A stretch of 33,931 bases of DNA, taken from Kiritimatiellia bacterium. GTDB taxonomy: Bacteria; Verrucomicrobiota; Kiritimatiellia; RFP12; UBA1067. The notes beneath the pieces were generated by a model that saw nothing but the letters and a program-made list of their open reading frames with translations, was not told the origin of the DNA and made no database searches. The stretch covers positions 1 to 33,931 of the forward strand of contig JAGBZQ010000010.1 of the NCBI GenBank assembly GCA_017628165.1, given 5' to 3'. Below are positions 26,701-33,700 of this stretch, one piece after another (position 1 is the stretch's first letter; each line of letters begins with the position of its first letter). Made by a program: the position numbers and the translations under genes.

Positions 26701-27326
26701 CGCCCGCCCACTCCGACCTGTGCAGTCTGGACGTCATTGGCAAAAAAGAGCTTGGGCGTCTTGGGAGTATCTTCATCCGTGGTAATCGCCCACTTGTCGG
26801 TTCTGTTGAGAACGTAGGAGTATGAATCGCTCGTATCGTCGGAAGCAGGCTTGGGGCCGTCTGCGGTATTCGCCGCAAGAACAATCGGAAGCGCCACATC
26901 GCCTGTGCGGGAAACATACTTGAAGACGAACTCCGTTCTCGCAACGAGAGGGGCCTGCGCCTGCTCGACCGTCTTCACTTCGACAAGATCGGCATACTCG
27001 AGCTTACCGGAAACAAAGATGCCGATCTGAAGAGGGAAGAGCGCGTCATCAAGAAGCTCGGAGCTTACGCCGACGTGCTTGAGCATCCACGGCTTTGAGT
27101 CGGGAGAGAAATCCCTCGTCTCGAGAGAAACCTTGAAGTAGAGCGGCTTTCCTCCCACTGTGATAGGCTTTTCAATCGAAGCGTACGCTTCGACGGGATT
27201 GCCTTCGGCATCACAGGGGCGGATATCAAAGATATCTCCGTCTACGCCGGTTGCAGCAAAGGAACAGGCCGAAATGACCATTCCAAATGCCATGGTTATG
27301 AGCTTCATTAATTTATTCGTTGTCAT
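14778..27326 (-). CDS. Giant secreted or lipidated multi-domain surface protein (4182 aa): Ig-like (Calx/PKD-like) modules, at least 16 bacterial TSP3 Ca-binding repeats, a LamG domain and C-terminal beta-sandwich modules
   Basis: This is a single uninterrupted 12,549-nt ORF. The N-terminus MTTNKLMKLITMAFGMVISAC fits a lipobox (ISA|C) or a Sec signal. See the sub-features for domain motifs. A GAGGG RBS lies upstream. Confidence 0.9.
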   Translation of the reverse strand: MTTNKLMKLITMAFGMVISACSFAATGVDGDIFDIRPCDAEGNPVEAYASIEKPITVGGKPLYFKVSLETRDFSPDSKPWMLKHVGVSSELLDDALFPLQIGIFVSGKLEYADLVEVKTVEQAQAPLVARTEFVFKYVSRTGDVALPIVLAANTADGPKPASDDTSDSYSYVLNRTDKWAITTDEDTPKTPKLFFANDVQTAQVGVGGRALDYTLAKCGFYIQTIGFDANWEIPKGEAGAVWRTVHESSSITGGNTAPMLEALAAPDHAVTLYVWSTDDDAVTIKGGTSVEMIVGYEGGNPIKKSVKVGEITFGSGQMTADFQIEGAAGGEGKTCELVLSPWIGYNFNASNVRLTDYVTVPVKCLKPLPPTVVVSVDRDKAYAKVGDGWKEYSAIVDVALTQPVATPIDVTVTPSIVGFDGDMADYVRFSTSATSVKTIAALSDTATVTIPAGQLRASAKIYAFFLKADARTSGGATIDFTPSIPADQQTATGLTSQDRFVAGGCEVVAEAPRFDSPLEDSEIGATAGVAQELEIELADTYAAQQIESPANGYKVEIKYNDSLGWKELSGFFYIGQGGLLRDAAGKLPELVYPTSSASTSTGSFTTQIRVTDPINGTRVILKLIATVAAPKTVMVTTESDTYNEGDTAKFKIQLNADNDTGSELYAFLVAGPDETKAGHFSALGRKCVITPDMTAQDYLLTKGIVINPDNGGPGKEAVASIKLLDGLSEDTGGSSYYFSVVLCTKAEYDPNSVVTGYNSNYATIQVFNVVPEITRIEMNGFEPVENGGLLKFDGAYPIGQTQTFQAIVKDKGGFDLTDGFTTRWTITRVGGGITIPVTPIVGNPNDKKHAVTFQQAGTYKVKVQIKDKDMDDWSEVFAEVYVDVVDQPQLVVADVQDPSEEVDSEMAKRRKVSVSLGGYYNAAEEMVVMVTVIPPEGDNAGVLELDAALENIPQGYETLASNAIAADGTAGCKHYFLKFRGTESQEISVTKMDGTMLTMSPGFSIKAQVLNTAASSDPAKSWAEYYLPQTTRFYINNIAPVAVVTDQNNESNRWEVAGGAATQYPIRWTVRNDVDNDYTGLWSDGQTTGIKVSFAGCDNADDGLAYVTSRTSGTSGVFIPNFGSVQGDQTVTMTIEDKDGGYTTYTYLYKVTPSKFLTTISTGPSGGTSTSKLSQKYALLGSNIYGTLGQGHTFVGSGASFSSANNFRLKWNCSKKTAVEIYAYGYKVNDPVDGGQLDGGNDIAIDKNGRAQAGVSINQNNCYRYTFADAAKDEDKKDSFFYCWILHTVDENGGSTDSILGATISPEIPGKAATGRVNLPNEQTKDGNYLDTEVEAIFAREWRVSDNLGDINADGIPDVFAVKTWGGGNLINLVTGAEAVIDNDLVNLSSSNPDEDFLPAVYGGKGNSYAPIGLPFTTRLEIRGLGDGLNALDMTRSDADFNVIEPEKPEDDGTDKDPPDETEAWQAFAAAKGLDPAVPDLELWSPEPGSDRYPRMDPTVEDTDGDGFSDGWEYFFWYQAHVNNLAKPGYFKAEKFNHANILKGKTIDDADIEARFNPCSPLEPDVLAKNPDFDNDGLSDLEELVIGTNPCHWDTDGDHMCDGWEVMMCLDPLSNSDKSTNPDGDFMAYFRLSNGWVPADANLDASKDQGGFKVYINIPEGAVGIDVVTVPPAEPEGEPTFEVRRVLTEAVENARFVRVGVKKDANGEIVRYGLEGDPNPDNVPPAERIWGHVMVEVLEVGSENLAEGIEVARITSGNDRILIHDQVRQAFGFDPRTAWSNVNGYVTDRWNPMINTALQLGDTTGAAINTRPYYTYDEYLVMKYRNDFEISYYDVPPTPHPWGVFGDMTTNPNVVNPKTEGEGEEEGDGEGEGEEKGGKSSTQQIAEKLQEAFKQAGSIHTPVTTHGADTDLDGVPDGWELYMGRNPCLAPLVPGAEDGEGIPGASDYDADGLSYALEYAGTDSCNAYKGCDSIYKNHLGNTMGWFNKFFPTNPGVNTVGPGQHMGEDIIPGADTDRDGVTDGEEGGNWAHDFYNGGNTYTDLLLGFIYGSPADDGSCCIRGAGMNPCTIDTDLDGIPDGWEMQHAGIPVDALTGTPVDPLNNGRVGSAQVDMATLVADGIFARLAGAAAGTNSTDSASGDANTAGGAADSEALTAVIYIAGGMDATFPGDVCTDSAQRGLSYDPLLGTVRDVDFDHDGLQNFQEYLIQSVRHFRYDDVSTPLMGRLLSGDQGAFQQAFYGYVPFDMADVGTFQGNVTEAWGEVPQDVEARADVYDLMKPWTEEGWRMLGYFAAPVQEWDRAITSVVLADPIYMWPVSVMTEEGEEPSMITSGSVAGYVTTDPRMADTDGDGMDDYYEMFHGLNPILGTNVDSPDASVWTGGKRGDIISAVNAERNGDSCLGSFNAYYNEWIFPDYVSLDGRVSGEPPTVAATPIAAPQAFDAVLYPWIMGTALADADGDGMRNDDERIVANAADPMPRHTDPTPLWFTERSTPVSYVAQYYVTSQRLIAQPWMPPPSSEFEIAAVAGGMDFEYMYGFEEGEGYDTDGDFVFDGAEVVTGFTPATDPLKFEDPDRRQALYLDGVQSYALSRELQERPIQSSDLLKQFTVECWVRPEKTGAEQTIIERAIVYDGSRITGDAAAIRANFRIGLYSDGRVYGMFDNNDAMESGLNHPISCQRVDGTSLTVGEWAHVALTFDGSTLTLYVNGDAVNSAATTLIPANGVTMLQQNPGAEGGIPTTGYSSLPASLIIGARPEKASVVVQNSGDPQAALAPYWIDETTGDHLETFANMREFFGGWIDEVRVWDGARTAAEIKADFRKRYTFEDALENRSEVAYAWLEDATRNNNDSEEMLPAELVFHYNFMTLPGAVNAGDVLKTPAGFAAKVLDAAVGSYAANPEIDAAGLYDVAALKGSADDLNVGWWNESLLKNTVYSDYHVVPWIQNTVGHLPLADGNVVDTSIYAKQFGALYTPAAMHELAVFEFPNSAVPYSSVVYNLDRYMKVFAATRVAEQYGEAFATYKRMAEFAMRSSFSATTDLIPLGNAYAKTCPKMWDRAVADAWDLTGSDDDADGLPDWWENLVSGGTDIAWDMMIGENDVPAAYKDLHKDMFPATAGELYKFDLINGMQPNGTIDEAYKATVDTDGDNIPDWWEKKYDIFASSDVDDNDSDGLSNWAEYLLSEVFEVKDSAGNRLKFSPIDAKSVNGYDLDYFIKVGELYAGELFSDHDFIEDQLEDSWGAAFASRYKWDAFSDADEDGWSNYAEARFHNFTKSIVAPYASHVVGDSEIKDMPIPTLKLTLRYNGLQPLTGTSDEGGGGNEEERATLAPIVVKTYTRKGDGSSVADATFTIQPGEERENIAYIGPWDEKTVSGTLTPGYINAGSFTLEFAEIDRNDIYTFFVGDLSGVDAALAAQMPSGYYADSYEAYMSLYNRFGPNLIQLQSAEFEWGEFEEASAITVTQDTNTPGENGYICIGGERTGTINLKTGDYSFDLTPLARHGVEMTNSTAVISMAQMVLRLKYNSVVPGMQSNKLDLFLGEAENGFVKEGKNTIVAFYDLDGSGDYTPGEPFGTAVGVDVGWHQAKTEIELTDTNPVFARINLTTETTDRKVIFGEAGSDMSIIDGGSVSGGRSERIRVVRAYSSCYGKQPAFTPLRVVVDKIVNFDQNACLTEADILEYCALDLDWDSLYDEIINGFNKGDDVEWVGYLIYFGSDENLETAPCSSVGVRRYFDPENGRAVAEAISPGSANSVVFGTHPTFKWRMPKRSHTYTAFKVQILDGTKVVWDSGFRRAPAQDLDGVHTFEADAYIGDELENNKNYTWRVSMYNAKFKTDAWSTENYVFRMNAPTIGAGYANIPVSVKYFGPASVAQKAEFVVEAFSTPDFTGIPAARAVVDNLESVIAAGVTHQTNAFLYGVPVGKYYLRAYADMKDIPGTAKRVRDLTESWGYACKRGEKVSDIYTPLGFVVTDANGFAAPIDIYIEDVDTNGSCLPDAWELVKNGGKLDNGASSLDASLANAYAINKLLTANIQDKVVGSVRTDAYNNYIMTAFSSPAMTALALGFDPDSITIRPDGSISVESEVEEIEITGVGFDADGNVKLTIEGKLNTAEGNANGLGFIPLSGDSEKTVECQVLYKETLDKSEWDEVSFPVQITVGDKPQEVTLKIIEDLKRASSGFFKVKITE
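17540..23290 (-). repeat. Region carrying D-x-D-x-D-G-x-x-D-x-W/E (bacterial TSP3-type) Ca-binding repeats in the giant protein
   Basis: I count 16 copies. Examples are DTDGDGFSDGWEYF, DFDNDGLSDLEELVIGTNPCHWDTDGDHMCDGWE, DTDLDGVPDGWELY, DTDLDGIPDGWEMQ, DTDGDGMDDYYEMFHGLNP, DDDADGLPDWWENL, DTDGDNIPDWWEKK, DDNDSDGLSNWAEYL and DADEDGWSNYAEA. Two more degenerate copies lie nearer the C-terminus, at about 15345-15395 and about 16650. Confidence 0.8.
18850..19600 (-). other. LamG / concanavalin-A-like lectin domain within the giant protein
   Basis: The domain runs LYLDGVQSYALS...FTVECWVRPEK...GEWAHVALTFDGSTLTLYVNGDAVNS...LIIGARPE...FGGWIDEVRVWDGARTAAEI. This is the classic LamG_3 pattern. Coordinates are approximate. 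Confidence 0.75.
24700..24930 (-). other. PKD-like Ig domain within the giant protein
   Basis: TFQAIVKDKGGFDLTDGFTTRWTITRVGGG...AVTFQQAGTYKVKVQIKDKDMDDW matches the PKD pattern (W.f.dG ... f...G.Y.V.l.v.D). Coordinates are approximate. Confidence 0.5.
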
Positions 27327-27351
27327 GATGATTTATCCCTCTTTGCTAAAA

Positions 27352-27708
27352 TTACCTGCTCTGGGTGGCTCTCATCTGATTGGCCACCGTCTCGCGCGCC
27401 TTGATCGTATGCTGCTTCATCAGCTCGGCGTATTTATCCACTTCCGCCTGAAGCTTCGCAAGGACCTCGGCGGACTGATTAGCCGCCTTTGCTTCCTCGA
27501 GAGCTTTGACCGCTATGGAAGCGGCTTTCATAATCTCCCTGCGCGCCGAATTCAGTTCATTGAGTTTCTCAAGATAAACAGGATCGTTCATGCGTCTTTT
27601 AACCGGATCTTTCTCGACTGACGCGGCATCTGCATCAGACGACTTCGAGCATCCGGCAAGGATACTCGCGCCGATCATAAGCGCTATAACGGAAGTTTTA
27701 ATTGCCAT
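27352..27708 (-). CDS. Small coiled-coil lipoprotein (118 aa) between the two giant genes
   Basis: It has a textbook lipobox (MAIKTSVIALMIGASILAG|CSKS). The rest is helical and charged (LEKLNELNSARREIMKAASIAVKALEEAKAANQSAEVLAKLQAEVDKYAELMKQH). Its start overlaps the upstream gene's stop by 11 nt. Confidence 0.8.
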   Translation of the reverse strand: MAIKTSVIALMIGASILAGCSKSSDADAASVEKDPVKRRMNDPVYLEKLNELNSARREIMKAASIAVKALEEAKAANQSAEVLAKLQAEVDKYAELMKQHTIKARETVANQMRATQSR

Positions 27709-30700
27709 AGTAGTTTTCTTTCTTCAAAAGCTCCACGGTGAAGGGCTTGAGCTTCGTGTCAATCGCCCACTTGAAAAAGATAGGTGTCTGGCCGTGCTGC
27801 TCAACCCATTCCGACCAGCCTGCGCCATATCCGGGAGACTCGGTGCCGAGCGGATCTTTCACCTCAATCTTGGAGATGAAATCGGCATCAAAGGAGTTGT
27901 CGTCAAAAACAAACCACCTGAGCGGCACCCAGTTCTGCTCGTTCTGCTCGCTCGTAAGACCGTTGGCCAGAAGGCCCGCCACCTTGAACGTGACGCTCGT
28001 CCAGGCCACATTCCCCGCCAGATCCTTGGAGAGCGAGCCTGGCTCAAGACCTCTGAGCGTATACGGTGCGTATGCCGTCTTGCCGTTGAAATACGTTTCG
28101 GCATTCTCGGACGTATTCGTCACGAACATCTTGACGGACATCTTGACGTTGGTGACGGATTCAGATCCCAGATATCCATCCTTGATCGCCGGAAGCGGTG
28201 CGGAAGCCATACCGGCCACAAACGCCTGGTTGCTGACGGTAGGATCAATATCGAGCCAGTAAATCTGCGTAAGAGTGAGGTTCGTGACCACCGTTCCATA
28301 AAGCGAACGGAATTCTACTGGGCAGATTTCCTCCAAGCCGTAGTTCTTCCACCGGCCCTTCGCCGTGCTGCCCTCCTCAAGCCATTTCATGATGGCGTCA
28401 CGATATTTGTTGTCTACCGTAAGGCCGTAATCAGTCTCAAGATCGCTGCGCACCTTTGCGCCCGCCACGACAGTAACGTTATTGGATGCACCCACGCCCA
28501 CGGTGACCTGATACGTGCGCGGCGCAGCAAGGGGCGTAGCCACCGCCGCGCGGCCGTTTGTGGTGACGCCCGCAAGCTCATACCAGGGATCGACCGTATA
28601 TGTGATGTTCGTTCCGCGGTCGCTGCCCTTCTGGATCACGAGAATCTGGTTCCTGTTTGTGTTTACGGCATCGCCGATCGTCTGGTAGATGTGGCCGAAG
28701 ACATTGTCGAGGTTGGCATAGATGATGATCGATGAGCCGTTCGGCGTGGGGTGATCCGGGTCAATCTGCTGGCCTTCGTTTATGCGGCCGGGGGTCATGG
28801 TGACGACGCGCGACCAGTCATTAGAGACCTGCCCGCGATTCGTAAGTACGCTGAGCGAGAGGTTCTCGCCTGCATTATCCTCGCCGACATACTGGAAATC
28901 GGAGCCCTTCATCATGCGGTTGAGCGCATTGACGGTATTCGAGGGCTGCATATCGGTGTAGGACTCCCAGACGCCGGACCAGTAGTTCGTGCCGAGCGCC
29001 ACGATCTCATGCTCCACGATGCCGCTGCCGCGGACGAGCTGAATGCCGATAGGCTCGATGGAACTTATCTCCTCGGCGGAAACGTCGGCGGAAGGATAAT
29101 CCACATTCCAAACTCCGTCAAGAGTGCCATCGGCATACTTAAGCCGCTGGCTCTGACGCGAACGGGTGTTGCCGAGGACGCGGAAGACCATGTTCGACGC
29201 CATGCCGGTCAGATTCGGCTTCGTAGGCTCAAGATCGGCAGATCCGAAACGGCCGATCGTATTCGTCACCACTATGTTGCTTCCGATCAGGGCCTCGAGG
29301 ACGCGGACGCTCCATCCTGTGATATCGGCCTCGGCGGGAACCGCGATCTCCACAAACTGAAGGTCTCTGTCGGTATTCACGTAGTTGCTGTTGTATGTGC
29401 CGAAAAGATTGACCTCGTTGATCCACGCCCACTTGGGAGCCACGGTATCGAGAATGTTGTACGCCGTGAAAGCGTCCTTGCCCGCATTTTTGTCCACAGG
29501 CGCATACCACTCGGGCGTCGTCCATGATCCGGCGGAGGAAAGGTAGTTCGTGACGGGCACATTGCTATCCTTCTGATAGTAGACCACTTCAAGCTCGTAC
29601 TGCACCACTGTGCCGGGCGCGAACGACGGGGTGACAATGGCATCCTGAGCCGTCGTATAGCTTGAGCGGTAGATGAGATTTGTGCCGGTAGCACGTGCCA
29701 AAAGCGCAGACTTTGCCCCCTTCACACCCTTCCAGTTCACATAACCCCAAGGATACTCGCCCTCAAACCAATGGAGACGGACGGAAGGCGTGCGCTCGAA
29801 ATCAATCTCATCGGCAAGCTGCGCGGCGAAAATCTCGCACTGGATGCCCCAGCTCTCGTTGCAAAGCGGCTGCTCCGCCGTGCTCGGCACATTAGAGACG
29901 TATCCCGTGCCGTCCAAATGCGTCCTGAACGCGCCGACATTCCTGAATGCGAGCCTTGCGCGAACAGCCTCGGAAACCACCACTTCGTCGATGAGGACTC
30001 TCACCGGATTTTCATAGCCTTCAGGCTTATGATTTTGGACGTGAGGATCGGCAATGCCGTCGATGCCCGTCACCGCCAGGCGGAACGCCGCGTACGCCTT
30101 GGAAGGATCGGTCTTGTATGAAAAAGTCTCGTATGTCTTGTTGGAAACGACGAACTTCTCCAAAAGCTCCCAATTCTGATCCACGCTGCCGGTGAGCGAA
30201 CCGTAGAGCGTCACCTGAGCGGGCTGAGAATTGCCAAGGTCAAATTTACGCGCCTTGAAAGAGACTTCGCCCACGAGATTGGAGACGAAGGTAGGCGTCT
30301 GAACAAACGGCTGATGCGCCTTGTATGCCTCCTCTTTCATCGGCTCCACATTCGCGGCCCAGGAGTTGTTGAGTGCCAAGGAAAGCCCGCGGCTCACAAC
30401 GTTAGTCCCAGTAGAATCATCGCGGACGAACGAATACATATCGGAGAGAAGCATACGCTTTTCCGTGTCGAGATCGCCGCCGAGAGTGCGGAGGTTCCAG
30501 CCCCACCATGAGCCGGAATCGAGCATAGGCTCGTCACGGCAAAGAACATCGGTGATGAGAATCTCTGCAAAATTCTTCGGATCCATCTCGTCCTGGACGT
30601 CCTCTACCACCTTAGGATCCATCACAAGGCGCACAACGCCCTTGACGCCGTGAAGCCCCAAGTAGACACTGAAAGTTCCGTTTTCAGGCAAAATATATTT

Positions 30701-33700
30701 GCCAGAGGAATCCTTTTCTGTAAAGTCGATAACAAAAGGCTTCCCGTCTTTCTCGTATGTCGTCCAAGTAGCGGAATCAAAATTATGGATATTGTCGATA
30801 TTAGATGAGTTGACGTTGTTTGTAGCAATCTGAACGAGAAGCTTCACCTTGCGAAGTGATGTCTTATAATCCGCTGACGAACCTGCGGGGGCGTAGTTGA
30901 ACGAAAGCATACCGATGCCGGCGCCAGCGTTGTAGCCGTCAAAAAGCGGCGAACGGATGGACGCAGGCTTCTCAGGCGTAGTGCGGCGACCAGAGAGGAG
31001 AATGCCCTTGTTTTTAATCCACGAAGAAGTGAAGATGATGTTCGTAAGCCCTCTATAGTCAGAGGCATCATTAAGCCCGGGGATGCACTCTCCGCCGACA
31101 TTCGCCCAATCATCGCCGCGGAACTGCTTAAGCTCGATATCGTCGATGACAACATCTGTGCGGATATCGTCCGTAGAGCCGTTGTGCTTAATCTTGACGG
31201 AGCAATCGCTTGTCGTATAGACCTTGATATCGTTTGCCTTGGGAGTTCCAAACGTATCGCAAGTCTCGCTCTTGAGAAGCTTCCAGTCCGTCTTGCCTGC
31301 GCTTGCCGTAAGAATATCAATCTGCTGCTCTGGAACGACATTCTTAAGCGCTGTGACCACATCGCTTACCGGCACCGCTGTCATTCGCGCAGGACGAATA
31401 TACCACAAATCATTGCGGATCTGCGATGTCGCCACTCCCGACGGGTTGGAGAATGTAACAAGGTTATTGGAAAAAATGTCAAATGTATTCGCCGGTCCGA
31501 TCTGGGCAGTCTGTGCGATAGGCTTTTCAAAAACCACATAATTGGAAAAATATCCTTCGCTGTTCGCGGAAAGTAAGCCATACGTACCACCCTTAAGACG
31601 CTCGTCCGAAGTATCGCGATAGCAAATCATATTATACTGCTTGCCAGAGATTTCGCTCGTACTGAACGAAGGGGTGACGGCATCACTCAGCTTATATCCC
31701 GCAACAATACAGGTGCCCGTAGGGCTAGACGCAAGCGAAATAAAGAGCGGCCTGTAGCCCTTGCCAGTCAAGGAAGAGCATTCGGGCCAATTATCCTTTT
31801 GCCCGTAAGAATCCACATACTTCTCGCCAAGCTTCTTGGACAGAATCTTGCCCTTTGCATCGTATGTCCAACGATAAAGCGAGAGCACCTGCCCCTGTGC
31901 ATTGTATTCGCCGTTCTTGGCCTTGGCCTGCTCGACACGGAACTCGTAAAAACCCTTGTCCCGGCGGTAGTAGCCGATGAGAGAAAGCGAAGCGTTGCCG
32001 GTAAAGCTTTTGTTCTTTTTAAGATCGAAGGCACTTGCCGCCACAAACGAATAATTCGTCATTGTGCTCTTGAGAGGTGCATCATAGTAAGCAAAATCAT
32101 CGAAGTTTATGAACTGCGACAACCGCACCTTGAACGAGATTGATTCAAGACCGCGCGGAGACTCGGCGCCGTCCACAAACTGGATATAGCCCTTGCCCTG
32201 ACCATGCATCTGCAGGGCGCGATCGGTAAAGCCATTGGATTGCACCTGAGCATCCCTGTACTTGCCGTAGATATACATGCCGTTCTCGGCCGTCCAGTTG
32301 TTCGGAGTCACCGTAGAGTCAAAGGAAACATAATCGCCATATTGCTGCTGCGTTGTATACTCAAACGCCTCACGCCAATGCTTATTGACACTCGGCATAT
32401 CGCTCCAATTGTCAAATGATTCCACATAATCCTTGGACTTTGCCGACGCGCCAGACTTGTCCACGCTGTCGTCGCTCGTGGAAGTGCCCCGGTAGACGCT
32501 ACCTTTGGCATCATTCCATGCATTGAAGTTCTGATAATCGGCGTGGACGACCGTAAGCCCCCTCGTGGTTTCATCAATCTGGAAGAGGAGATATCCCGTC
32601 ACGGCATCGCACGGAACCGTAGCCCAATCATCATCACCATCGGCAACTTTAAGTATATCGCTCACGGGAAGCGTCTCAGAGTTGGCTGTAGCGCGCCAGA
32701 CAGCCGTATTCGTCTCCCATTCGGCAGCGCCCGGCTCCTGGCGGTTCATAAGCTCAAAGCGATATTTCACACCTTTCGCAAGCGGCTCGGCAGTCTTCAA
32801 GTAGCCGCGCCACATTCCGTTACCCACCACTGCCATATCAACAAAGTTCGTCTTGACGAAAACGCCTTCGTATTTCTCCTCTTCTGTAATCGCCACAAGG
32901 CGAATGGACTCATAATCGCTCTTCCCCTCCCTCAAGCGAACGAACCAATCGCGCCCCATACTCTCGGCAAAATAAACATTAGCCCTGTTGGTGACAACGG
33001 CAACATTTTCAGTGTAAAGCCCGGAGAGGCCCAAATTCGCGCCGGAATAGTCCACATACTCATAATAGGGAGCCTTAAGGAACGACTCAAACCAGAACTC
33101 CACATCGCCTTGACGCCCCGCAGGGAGCTGAAGCGGCGCATCAGCCTTAAAGCCATTCTTGTGGTCAAGCCCCACCTCCTGCCACTCGCCATACTCCTGC
33201 TCCAAATAGCGCCAGCGGTAATGCATCTTAACCCCCGTAAAGAATTCGGCGGTATCTGCATCTTTATTGCCACAATTCGTAGTATACTTGGCATTGCCGC
33301 GCGCCAAAATGTTCGTATCATTCACAGACGGGAACGGGACATTCCATGCGCACGCCTGCCCCAGAACCTGCGCTCCGCCGCGATTGGGATTGTACTCGCC
33401 GCACGGCTCCATATCGGCACGCATCGCCGGATACGATACGATGATGTTGTCGAGGAGGACATATTTTGCAGTTAATGCAGAACCCTCTGCCGCTGATACC
33501 CTTTTTATTCTAAAACGAATAGGTCCGCGATAATCAACCTTGGCGCAAACTCGGTAAAAATTATCACAAGTTCCACCGTTGTTTATGGCGAGCGCAAGTT
33601 CATTCGTTTTTCCGGCCGGCTCAAAATTCGGTGTTCCGTTTTTAACGAGCGGCAGAAGCTCCACCCTGTCCCATACTGCATTACCATAGCGATCTGTTAC

